Shown one piece after another: positions 24,020 to 38,887 of a stretch of 50,372 bases of DNA; position 1 is the first letter of the stretch, and each line of letters opens with the position of its first letter. Both the position numbers and the translations under genes were made by a program. The stretch comes from Perkinsus chesapeaki ATCC PRA-425. Lineage: Eukaryota; Protista; Perkinsozoa. The notes beneath the pieces are model-generated. The model did not search any database and was not told the origin of the DNA. It saw only the letters and a list, made by a program, of their open reading frames with translations. Location: positions 1-50,372 of the forward strand of contig JAAPAO010000225.1 of assembly GCA_013115145.1 (NCBI GenBank). The letters run 5' to 3'.

Positions 24020-24416
24020 CGGATGCCAGTTTATGATTGCTGTTATTATTATTATTGTTCAGGTCCCCACCCTATTAACCGCTACTAGTGGATCGGCTTA
24101 AATACTTGAAGTAGATGATTCTTTTGTGGTTTCGAATGTCCTCACTGTTGTGTAGTATCAGTATCGTTGATATTAGTCATTAGAGATGGGCAAAATTACG
24201 ACCCCAGAAATCGCAGGAAATTACGACAATTACCGTTACGGCGTAAGGGTACCAAGTGATGCATGCATCGGTTCAATTATTCCCCCACTTAACCTTCATT
24301 CCCGTTACAGCATCCAACTGATCAATATTTCACAGATACGAGAACTCAACAAGGAAGACTAAGCTGTCAAAACGAGACTATTGGTCATACAATATACCTT
24401 CAAGAAATGATACATT

Positions 24417-24875
24417 CTAGCAAGACGACAAGGTTGTCTCTGGGAACCATCCTAGTGTGAAGTTGACAGATGAATCACCTTTCATAGCTTTGACGGTGAC
24501 AGATGGATCAGGCAAAGCAAACTTGAAATTGAACTTGTCCAGATTGGTGGTTGTATTCACATCTGTCAGCTGTAAACGGCCATCAGAATCGTATTCGTAC
24601 TTGAGGCCTGTTACTGGATCGCCCATCACAGGAATGTCGAAGGACATTTCACCATTATTGTCCAAAGTTAGGTTCACTGTAGATGACACAGGGCTTTCAA
24701 TGGGACCACAGAAGCTCTGACCGGTAACTGCCGGTTTACTGGTCGGAGATGTGGAAGTAGTGGGAGCAGTAGTAGTAGCATTATTGTTGTTGCTACTGCA
24801 GCCAGAAAGATGCATGGCGAGGGCAGCGGTACATGCCAGCAGAGAAAGAAGGCGGCGACTAGTATGAATGCTCAT
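24417..24875 (-). CDS. Intronless secreted or lipidated protein, 152 aa, with Thr-rich linker
   Basis: MSIHTSRRLLSLLACTAALAMHLSGCSS signal-like N-terminus, NNNNATTTAPTTSTSPT linker, then a probable beta-rich domain. Uninterrupted ORF. Confidence 0.75.
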   Translation of the reverse strand: MSIHTSRRLLSLLACTAALAMHLSGCSSNNNNATTTAPTTSTSPTSKPAVTGQSFCGPIESPVSSTVNLTLDNNGEMSFDIPVMGDPVTGLKYEYDSDGRLQLTDVNTTTNLDKFNFKFALPDPSVTVKAMKGDSSVNFTLGWFPETTLSSC

Positions 24876-25571
24876 TAAGTGAAAAAAGTGTTGACTGACG
24901 CTTGAGAGGGGAACCACTGAATGAGTTATTCAATATTTTTATAATAGGGTTATTTAGAATAACTGTACTTCACGATAGTACCGGGTGACTCTAAAAACAC
25001 TAATAGCACTACTGTAAGTAATTTAAATACTCATGTGTAATTCCGGATACATCTGCGTTTGGTAAAGTAAGTTATTATTATAAATATCGAACAATCTCAC
25101 ACTCACCTAACATGGTCTGAGCGTCATTTGTACGAACGAAAACCAGTTGAGTTTGTTTCAACAACCAGGCGATCTAGATCGATAATATATTACTGATTTT
25201 AAGGAGTTGATAAAGTGAAAGGAATTCTCCCACCGCGAACTTATTGCTTTTATGCTATTATTCTCGGCAATATTGCTGCTAACGAAGGCCCGGTGGTTAA
25301 GCTAGGAGGCCCCGCAGGGATCATATTGATGATCACGCGTGTACTAGACGCAAAATTAGCGTTGAGGAAATGCAAGATCGTACAAGATCTCAAAGATTGT
25401 CACGTCGTTACTAAGACGTATTGACATGTCCGACTGAGAGGTACGAGAGGATCTGACTTTAAGAGCAGTTACCAGTACTGGTTGTCTTATGTGACTGGCT
25501 ATCTACCGTTATTGCAGGTTTTCTTATTTATTCCTTGTTATTGCTTTTATATACATCAGCAGCATTATTGA

Positions 25572-28452
<2,881 letters not shown>

Positions 28453-28629
28453 CTCAAGGGGATGCTGCATTTTGTAAAGATTGATATATCACTTCTTCCG
28501 GCTTAGTAATATTTAATGATGATGATGATGGTCGTCTAGAATGTACTAATGTCACCAAAGTCTCTAATTTAATTGAAGGTGGCTCGAGTTGAGTGGCGGG
28601 GCATTATTTACCATGTTCCCGTAGTTGGA

Positions 28630-29969
28630 ATGAACAAGGTGTGGTCTATGGTGACAGGATTAGGTAGAAGTAGACAGCCCTTTAACCTCAGCTGGTTGGC
28701 AGGAAGCCCAGATAAGTTTCGCAATTTAATAAGTGAGAAAAGATTCTCTCGAGGTTGGTAGGCATACCTATGTCGTTAGGTACCCTCCATAAACATAAGG
28801 GAGAATTGAAGAGACTAGATGAAAGTAAAGCAGCTTTCAAAGATATAGTATCCAGCATGAATACTATGACGGCAGAGGACTTTGGGGTCGATGTTCATGA
28901 AGGTCAGTGGCTGTTCTTATCTTAGGGTTATTGCTGATGTTGGAACATCAGTTGGCAATTTCGTAGTAGTCTTGCTCAAAGCGTTGGGTGGGGCCCCGAT
29001 GAGAAAAACCGCCTTCACCAAAATTTCCTCGCAATTTTCGTTAGCCATTCACATGTGTTGGCAACACAGTGTTGGCAAGTATATTCAGTTATTGGTTATC
29101 GCTGCTTATGAGGAACACAATTGTGATTTATTAAATACCGCAAACGAATGAGTAAATTGAGCACTAAATGGTTGCCGATTTAAGCAAATAGGAATGATTA
29201 ATTTAGCAAGTTGCGAGAATGCCGCTGGAATGCTGTTGCATCTTTGGGTATCTTATCTGTGTCAGATGTCCCAAAATGGGCCCGTGATGGTGAGGTATTC
29301 TATCAATCCATAGTAGATATTCCTGACTTCTGTTTATGTGTATTTATGCTAATGCCCGGGGCTACTTTACCTTACCACGGTAAGTAATGAATTATAACAT
29401 AGTGGCAGCATTGTTGGGCAGCAGATCACCCTCATCAAAATGTGATCAGTAGAGTAGTTTCGGGTACCTTAACTGCGGACGTATTCAGTCCATTAACGCC
29501 GTATAAGGCGATCCCTGGCGAGGTTAGTGGTACCAATGTGTCGCGCTTTATTCGGGTCTGTTAGGTGTTCAAAGCAACACCAGTTGCAAAGTGGAACGGG
29601 AACCATACCGAGGGAACCACGATGTTCCTTAATCCAACCTTCGCTAATGTAAGTCAATATCTTCCGACACCTCGAGCTGTTTCTGTAGATCCACGGCTTC
29701 GCGAACTTAACCTCCGATCCCTGTGTATTTGTTGACTTAATCATGCCTCCTTACGGCTATAATGTTCAAAGTTCTACAGAGCCTTTCATCTCGTAATACT
29801 CCATTCATAGTGCATTCGGTGGCAACTCAGCTTGTTTAGGTATTTTGAAAGGAGATCCAACGGCAGCGATGATGATGAGGAGATGGAGCTTGGCGTTATC
29901 GACGAGCCCGATGACTTCACTACCATAAGTGTTCCTTCCAGACTGTTGCAGCCCGCCACAGACGTATAA
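28630..29969 (+). CDS. Cysteamine dioxygenase / plant cysteine oxidase family (ADO/PCO) cupin, multi-exon
   Basis: CLCVFMLMPGATLPYHDHPHQNVISRVVSGTL (HxH metal motif, cf. PLHNHP) and ANIHGFANLTSDPCVFVDLIMPPY (third His and DxxxPPY). Confidence 0.85.
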
Positions 29970-30367
29970 TGTTGTATTATCTATTTTGCTACCGTTCCTT
30001 TACTTGCTAGATTGTGAGTTGTAATAGTGTAAATACGTGTTATGCAAGGGTGTGGCCCAGGGCCACTGGCCCTCACCGTGTGGGGGCCCCACAGTGGGGC
30101 TGGTGGGTGGCAGTGTGACCATAGCACTCGCCGGATTCCTTGCGAATGTGAAGCTATTCTACCTGTTGTGATGATAGCGAACTGCGAGCATCGCAAACTA
30201 GGTGGGGCTTGCACCTCGAGACGGCCGATGGCTCATCGGTAATGGATGCGGGTGAAATGAATAGTTTTGCCGCAAAACAGTCTCCCTAGATGGGAGCCCC
30301 ATCTAGTCATCATGACTCGACATTTATGACGGAAGGAATACCTTCTACTAGAAGGCTTCTGGGACTC

Positions 30368-30655
30368 TTAGACTAGGAATCCGCACAAGTCGACAGATCG
30401 AGTAAAAAGCCTTACCATTGGCCAGGCTTTGACTGATGATGGCATCAGTGATCCAGGTTTGGGAATATATAAGCCTGGAACAACGAATATGTAAGCTTTG
30501 TAAATATCAGTCGTTAGGTTCGTAGTCCGTGGAAGAACAAAGAGCCGCTGTCTCGCCGGCTCGCCTCCAGCTGCTTTCTTACCAGTGTACGGTCCGGGAG
30601 TCGAGTAGGACATGAAAAACGAAAGTGACAGCAACACTACAATGAAATAATGCAC
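30368..30655 (-). CDS. Possible small secreted protein or gene fragment
   Basis: ORF starts MHYFIVVLLSLSFFMSYS (signal-like). No family recognised. Confidence 0.3.
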   Translation of the reverse strand: MHYFIVVLLSLSFFMSYSTPGPYTGKKAAGGEPARQRLFVLPRTTNLTTDIYKAYIFVVPGLYIPKPGSLMPSSVKAWPMVRLFTRSVDLCGFLV

Positions 30656-31852
30656 TCAATCAATACAACTCAGATGATGCCATCGCTCTATTATAGAGCC
30701 TCTATTGGCACTTACGGGATTGCATGAATCTTGCATGCCTTCTGTGACACCAGCTCGACGCAATACGCCTTCACCATTTGACATACTTATTTAGGCAGAA
30801 CAGCCTAGGAATTACTCTGTTTCTTCGAAGCACTATGTCTTAGGCATTCCCGCAGTCCTGATTATCCTGTCCTGACACACAACTATTGTCTTCACTCACG
30901 TAACTGACTGACCTTCCAAGTTGGAAGGTTGGAAGTTCCAACGTGTCTTGCTTTCGTACCAGAATCTGACCCACAATGATCGTCCCTCACTGCGAGGGTC
31001 TCACAGTGACACTGTCAGGTCCGACAAAAGTTGTGTTAGGCTCACAGAACTTTTGTCGTACTTAGCGTGGCGTAATCGATTGATCGAAACTTGCTGGTGC
31101 TACTAATCATTCGTATAACAGGTAACATGATGGGAAGAAACTACAACAGATCGCAGAACTGGCGCCATTACGGCCAGGGCCAGGGTCCATTCTGGCCCTT
31201 CTAGCATCGGACCGGTTCACGCCGTACAATCCATTTGCTGCATCAGGATGGGGGCCAGCCGGTCGCCCTACGGGTACTTGGTACAGGAGCATGAGGCAAT
31301 TTACCGATCTCATTCTCCAGCTCTAAGTGATGTCAGCGCAAAGAGAACGGACGCCTAGGACGGTGGTTGATTGCAGAGTGGTCAGCAGCCCCCAGGGGGC
31401 TGTTGACCACTCAGGCACTCGGCAGCCCCTTGGCAGGGGGCCCTGGCGAGAGTGTCAACGACACCTAACGCGGCTTCAAGACTTGAGGCAGTGAGAATTC
31501 CAATAATTATGGCGGGGCTAATGAAGACGGAGCCGATGATGATAACAAAGGAGGCGGAGGTATTGAAGACGGAACCGGTGATCGCAGCTGCGTTTGATTA
31601 GGCAATGAGAATCCCAGTAATGATGGCCGGGCTCACTAAGGGAGCGGCGGGCCCCCGCGCGCCGTCTCGGGCCGACCGAGTCAAATTGACTCAGTCAATG
31701 CTTATGGTATTGGCCGGTCATGACCGCACTTTGCTCCGCGAGGTTGCATGGACGGGGAAAAGTAGTCCTGTTTGTAGGCTACCTGTAGCTCTGTTACATC
31801 ATATAGCCTATATCGACATGCAGGTTGGTCTCAGCATTGACGCTCCTAACTG

Positions 31853-31930
31853 ACAGTCTGTAAGCGGGTGAGCGGCTCACCCGCTTACAGACTGTGTACA
31901 GACAATGAGGCTCACCGTGAGCCTCATTGT
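31853..31930. repeat. Two adjacent perfect hairpins (20-bp stem with 3-nt loop; 14-bp stem with 1-nt spacer)
   Basis: ACAGTCTGTAAGCGGGTGAG-CGG-CTCACCCGCTTACAGACTGT (31853-31895) and ACAATGAGGCTCAC-C-GTGAGCCTCATTGT (31902-31930). Confidence 0.95.
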
Positions 31931-33335
31931 GACACTCGAGCGTTACAGCAAGTCTCACTCGGCACACGTGATTCAGCTTCCATCGTGCTTCTACGACTCA
32001 AAAGAGTTTGCTGCCTACGCTGGCAAAGCTCTTCTGTATCTGTAATACAGATTCTACAGCAATAAAATACAGATTCTGTATCACGTCAAAGCGCTGAGTC
32101 ACTCAGCCTGAGTGAACGGCTGAACTATTAGTAATCCTACGTGTAAAGAGAAGTGCGCGATTATCTTGATGTATAGTTACATTATGTAACTTACATAGCT
32201 ATTGAGTCGACGATCTGCAACAAAAGTGCTGTACGTGATATGAGTGATATGAGTCATACGAGTCATATCATATGACAGCGTGATACCGTTGGTGTAATTA
32301 CGGCATTCCTACCTCTGGAATCCATTGATTTTTGTGCATGTGACAGGCATAAGAATATTCAGTTGAACTTGGTCATATCTTGTCAATCTTGACTGTGACA
32401 GTTCTCGCGTTTTGCGTTGATTAGCGACCACTATGCAAGTGGCGCGCCACCCAGAGCAAGCACCGCATTTATTATCTCAAGCTTCGATTGTGGTGAACTC
32501 GTTGGGTCAGTTGACTTGGGCCCCACGACCGTCTCCGGAGATAGCTGTTGTGTCCGCGCTGTGCGCCCCTAGTGAGTGCTGCAGCACCCGGTCCGGGCTG
32601 AGCCAACTGAGCTCGGGGAGCGGGGTTGACTACACCGTGTAGTAATCCCTTTCAGTTGTTTTAAGTTTTATTTATTGTAGGTTATAATAAATAACTATTA
32701 GTGTTATAAACTACAGTAGTTTATTATAGTTATAGGTTATAATTTATAACCTCCCGCCCACCCGAGCGATGTGCCGCGCTTTCGCTGCTAGTATGCGCCT
32801 GATAAGATTCTGTACGTTGTCCCATTTTGTGTGAGCGTGCATATCCATGCCGCAATAATAGCCATCGCCCGAAAAAGAACCGTTTCGGATCCTCTCTCAT
32901 TCAGTATATCCCTTGTATGAAGGTGTTGATATACCTCTCACTAATATCACTATCTGCACTATTCTATATCATGGCTGCACAGAGTTCCAGTAACACAGAA
33001 GACAAGCAGTTCCTTAACACGCCCGAGACGCCCGGTACAGGGCCGTGTGACAGCCCCCGCTGTTGACGCGCCCTCGCGCCCCACCGCCCGGGAGGAAGGG
33101 CTCAAGGTGATACATCTCTAGCAAGCTCGACGCAACATCGGAGAATGAGTTGAGACGTATTGACACGTATTACGTCGATTGGGCCAATTCTGGTACTCCC
33201 TTCTTACGCCGGCGAAGCTCCTGCATCTGTATCACTGCACCGTTGCGTCATGAGTCATGACTCATGTCTCGAGCTCCGAATGCTACGTGCTGGAGAACGG
33301 TTGAACCGTAAGTACTCCTACATCATGTAGGCTAC

Positions 33336-33745
33336 ATGCATAGAAAAGTGTGCAATTATCTTGATATATTGCGAATTATCACGCAAGACATTGAATGGCG
33401 ACTCGCCATTGGTGAGCAAGTGTCTGTACGAAAGGAAATTCGTAGATTACATAATAACGATACATCAGCATCACTGATTCCTTGGATGACAACAGGTAAA
33501 GTCATTCGTGTGAAAGGAGGTTTATACACTGTTAGCTTGCCCATCGAGAACGGATACTTCGAACTTAGAAGTAACCATTCTGTTTCATCCACTTCTGCAT
33601 TATTAGAACTGCTAATGATGTAGAAGTGGATGAGCTTGAAGAGGAGTCCTCCGAGGAAAAAGATATCCATCGATGGCCCGTGAGGCCCACGTACAAGTAC
33701 CACTTCGAAAAGGATACGAAGTTTACAGCATGTATGCGACATAAC
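33336..33745 (+). mobile_element. Probable degenerate LTR-retrotransposon (Ty3/gypsy-like) integrase C-terminal fragment
   Basis: IGEQVSVRK...PWMTTGKVIRVKGGLYTVSL resembles the GPY/F SH3-like module after gypsy integrases. Intron-free, with stops downstream, in a gene-poor region. Confidence 0.35.
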
Positions 33746-34769
33746 AGCGTGCTTCTGTTGCCAACTGTTGGTGTTGAGACTGTTGGGCCAACAGTGTTGG
33801 TGTAATTATGGTCTTCCAACAATTGGCATCCATTGATACTTGTGCATATTGCATTTCTCATTTTAACTCGGGCATACATTGTCAATTTTAATTTTTTTGT
33901 GTGTAGGACGAAATACTGTGGGACCCACAGTGTGGGTAGCGGCTAGCGTACTCTACGCTACCCGGTAGCATAGAATAGCAAGTACTACACAAGTGGCACG
34001 CCTTCTGGGGCAAGCACTGGGTTTGACGTTCCTTTATCTCAAGCTCCAATATATCTCTGACAAACGTGAATACAACATCCGAAAATGTGTGACTTCTGTA
34101 TTCTGTAATAATCTGTATCACGCTGAAACTCTTGCGTAATATGCAATATGTTCGGTCACCGGGATCGCGAGAGGAGAGATGGAACGTTGACGCTGGATGA
34201 ATTGAATAGTATACCTCCAAGCCGCCAGTTAAACTGACCCAGTTTGCGATTAGTCAATCTTCTACCCGCCCAGATCGTATTAGTCTAATACTAATACTAT
34301 TAGAGAGGGCTGAACCTGAGGGCTGAACGTTATGCTACATTATGTATGTATGTAGCCTACATACAATATCACTACAGTTCTATGGCTCGCAGAAAACGAG
34401 GCTGCGATTAAAGGTAGGCGAACTCACTAAACCCACGATATAGAGTTAATTTCACGAGCAATCCGTTATCTGTTACAGATAATCTGTAGCTTATCGACAC
34501 GTGATCCGGAACTGTCAGGAGCTTACTACGCCGGCGGCGGTGCCCGACGTAGGTTTCATGGCGCAATGGTCTTGTCCAGGTTTTGATTGAGTATTATTGT
34601 ACTCGTCGTGTTCTGTACTCGCCTGGCTAATTCGACCATTGTGAATCACAATTCGTGGTATGCACATTTTACGACTGGCATTTGGTTGCGTTGAGTTGCA
34701 TCCGCTCAGAACTCGAAACATTATAAGATTCTTGAAGGAACACATTTGTACAGCTGATTGATCAACGCG

Positions 34770-37651
34770 CTATTGACTGATAGATGCCTTTGCTGTCGTT
34801 ATCTGTGCTCTTGGTGGTCCCATAGTTCCATGATACCTGTCAAGGGCGGGTGCTTCAACTCTCGAGCCCATGCAGTGTTCTCACCACGAAAGGAACTCTC
34901 GGAATCCCACCGCGCCGTTAGAGTTTTTCTCTACCGACAGCCAAAACTGCTCTAATCTTGATTTGGGAAGCAGGTCTTGACGCTTCGACTTCAGACCTGT
35001 CATGCCGAACTCCTGGGTATGCTGTATCCTGCGTTTTGGACATCTTACCCATAAGCTCCACCACCAGACTATGGAACTCGTCCCGGTCGATCTCTCCCGA
35101 GTCATCCGTGTCGAACTTATTGAATTGCCTGGAGGAGCGCCGAAATCTTTTCAACAGTCCCATGTGTACTTTTGAATCGCTTCGGCATCTGGTATTGGAA
35201 CACGAAGAGCTCGTGCCATCCGCCTGAACTGCTGTTCGGGTGTGCAGAGTAAAGCTCGCTAATCAAATCCTATAAGGCTCGAGCCGTTATTCCACTTCTC
35301 ACCTCTGAAAAATAGTCTTGGAGCTCCTCTGGCCTCGGTGGTCTAAACATTTCACACTCCACCCTCTTCGGTAGAAGCGACTCCCCGCCTGCAATGAGCT
35401 CGCATACAAATATAGATTGATGATTGGTGACCCACCATTTATTTGTTGCAACATTTCCCGACGTGCTGCTTCCTCTTCTTCTCGTTTCCTCTTCATCTCT
35501 GCCCGACGGGAGTCAGCTTCTGTGACATTCGATAGCTCTACCCGTATACTGAGGGAAGGTGCTTGAGCCTGTCATAGCGAACAAAGATGTTACTTTTGCA
35601 TTTGCCGTCGCTGTGACCCGAATTCCCTGACGGCCTTCTCGATTCGTCGACCCTACTTTGCAGCAGCTTGTATAATAAGTATTAGGGAATCTTACACTCG
35701 CAGCAATGCCCTCTACTTCCTCCTTCTGGGCTCGAGCTACTGCGACAGGGTCGTTCAAATTGCGAGGCAGATGAGCCGCCAGTGTCTCGAGAGCGTGTAC
35801 GCCCTGGCGTAGTAGGAGCTTAACCCATCTGACAGAGATGAAAAATGGAATATCGTGTTGCAAAAATGATTAACTTATACCTCTTGCGAGCGTCAAGGTC
35901 CTCAGCAGATTTCACATTTTCCATCATTCGGTAAAACTCTTCATCCGATGTCTGGGCGTACCAATGTGGATACTGGAAAGGACGAGGAGCTCTTGGGTTA
36001 GATTCTGAAGATGCAAGTGTGAGAGGAAGTTCTTCAAAGAGCACTGGTTCATAAAAGCCTTTTCACCATCGAGTTCCCAGCTGCGACTTATAACACTCCA
36101 TAAAACGTTCGTTGTGTACAGCGAATTCTAGCGAAAATTGTCTGAGAATCCAATCAGCAACCCAGAGTCTGGTCATCTCCAGGTTTACCGACTATATGGC
36201 CACAACAGGGTCTTTGCTGCTATCTAGTGTCATATGCTAGCTATGAAACGTCGACGTTTAACCGGCTCACTTTCGCAAGAAAGGTAGTTCTCTTATGTAG
36301 CCTGCGCAACAGCGTTAACGTTAAAGCCACCTTTACCCACCTAATGCATGTCGTTCCTCTATGATGGCCGCAACTCGATTGCAGTAAAACTTCCACTGAT
36401 TCTCTTGAGTCATTTCCTGCCATTTCGGTCGAGGAGTGTATCTAGTGGGAACTGAGCAAGAAGTGGACGTAACGTATTGCTCACTTGCATCCGACCAGCT
36501 CTTTGATGTCTACATCACCGCTGCTGTTAAGATCGAACAACTTGAACACTTGTCGAATCGACATCCCTCCAGAAATCTGAATCGAGAGATGTACGTGATC
36601 TGGTGCAACTCGTTCAAGCTTCACCAAATGCCAGGGAATCTTCAATCGATTCAGGCCATCTTCAAGCTCGTGGGTAGAGAGATCTCCATTGTCGTTCAAA
36701 TCCATGCGGCGGTATGCCTTTTCCACCGACCCGCAGGCGATAATTAGGGCCTCCCTAATTTGGCAATCGAAACAGGAAAGAGCAAATAGGCAATCACATT
36801 CACCTCAAAGCCGTCCGAGGTGACTTATGCTTCAAATGCTCGATACTTACTAGTTGTCCTGTTGGCGACATTATCTATGGAGGAAGTATTCCAGAACTCA
36901 ACAACGAGGAACATACCCTCCACTCCGAGCCCTTTGCGACTGGTGTGTCTGTTATTGCCGATCGTTCTACAGTCGGGGCTGGGGCTACCAATACCGGCGG
37001 TTTCGGTGGGTGCGCATCACCTAGTAGGACGCTTCCAGGCTCAGGACCGATTCTTTCTAATTCTACCTTTCTTTGGTGCTGGTCTATGAGCTGGGTTGAG
37101 TGGCAAGGGCTGAAGCAATACCACGGATGGTCTACGGTAATGTAATACTCTTACAGGCAGATGTAACCTCCCACTGAATTGACTATGGGAATCACTGTTG
37201 AAATCGGTATTCTTTTCCGGAGGATCAACAATCGCAGTGGTGCTGAAGTCTTCGACTGGTTTCACACCGTGTTCCATTTCATCTATTAATCGTGCCATTT
37301 TGGTGATAATGGAGTTGCTCTCTTCCCTCAGTCGCTGGAGCGCATCCTTCGCCTCAGCAGTGGTGACCTCCTAAAGACCATATGCCTATGCTTCAAGCAG
37401 GTAACTCAGCAGCTACCCGAGGCTCTGTTTGCTTCAGACATTTCCCAAGCTCATCCGCCGTTATGAAATGACCCTTGATGGCTCCATCGCAAACAGTCGC
37501 GGCAACCGATGACGCTATCTACACAACGGTCCTTCAAATCTAGCATTAGATCACCGATGGTCACCATGGCAGCACACTTGTCGTTCTCCGCTGTGGTCGT
37601 TGAGAAGTCTGTTATAACAGAACAGTTGCTCGACACTGTCGTAGCTGCCAC
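34770..37651 (-). CDS. Multi-EF-hand calcium-binding protein, multi-exon; 5' end may extend to about 38259
   Basis: EF loops DLNDNGDLSTHE, DLNSSGDVDIKE, DTDDSGEIDRDE and EKNSNGAVGFRE in successive minus-strand exons. Confidence 0.78.
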
Positions 37652-38887
37652 ACAGCTCAGTCATTGCTATCACTATTCGATGCAGTAATACTTTTTGGGA
37701 CATGCCCAGTTCCCGCGTGTAGCTGGTGTCTTCCTAGTTCTTTAAATGGCACTCCTAATCTCGGGGGTTTCCTGTGCGTCATTTTCTTCAACCTAAGATC
37801 TCTGTTACCCCCGTATAAATTGGCCCCAGGTATACCTGTTGCGTATGACTTCGCATTCGTCCATCATATCGTTGTATTCGCGTGCCCGGACCTTTAACTC
37901 AGCTTGGGTTCTCCTCAAGCTTGTTTCCAACTGTCAATAATCGTTATACCTTTCTCTTCGATGAACTTACCTCCCTGCGCGCCATTTTCCGTTTGTGTTG
38001 TTTAATAACTGGCAAATGATTCCCTATACGATAGATGCCCTCCAAGCGCCGTTGCTCCTTCAAAGGTGATGTGGTGACGTTCTAAAGAATTAGCTGGGCT
38101 GATGTCGAATAGACGGCGTCTACTTGTCGTATAGTTGCATCGTTCCGAAGGAAGCCCTTTCCAATAGATGGCAGGTTCACAGTGTTCCGAAAATGATTGC
38201 TTGAAGCAGATAATCGATCGGTAGAAAGCCTCGAGGAATAGTGTCTTAGAGCTTGACATAAGATTCTAAAGAGGTCAGATTGCGTACCCATCAGTGGCAG
38301 AGAAATTTTCGACAGTCTGTGTCTGCCATCCTTTTTGGCATTTTCTCTTAGGGCTGTGTTTGGTAGCAGCCAGAGATGCTACAGCCATAGTTAGTGACGA
38401 CATTGCGACATTATAGTTCAACAACCGATACAACTGATACAAACACACTCCCATTTGGCTCGTTCGTTCAGATGCTACCAGATGAGCCAGCGCAATTCAG
38501 CATTGTGCAAATACGGTTGCAATATAATATATTGACTATTTAGCGTGACGCTATTAGCGTCAAGTTTAACCCAATTAACACTATTTCTGGTCACCCGAAT
38601 CGCGTTTCGACGGGTTTAGTTGAAGGCCCGAATCTGGCACCGACGGACCTGGTCACCCGTTCGAACCTCTGATTCCGTTGCGGGGCCCTCAAATCCGACA
38701 CAAAGGCAGAACGTAGACCTTCATTCGAGTTTAACGACCCTATTCGTAATGAATACCTACTAGTTTCCGGCATTTGCCAGCACCTCACATTTTCCCGTCG
38801 GAGACATCGCTATTTTTGTGGCGCGCGCTAATAAATCTGCGCAGTTGTTTTTTTCAACACTGGCCAGCTTGGTTACAGTTATTCTCT

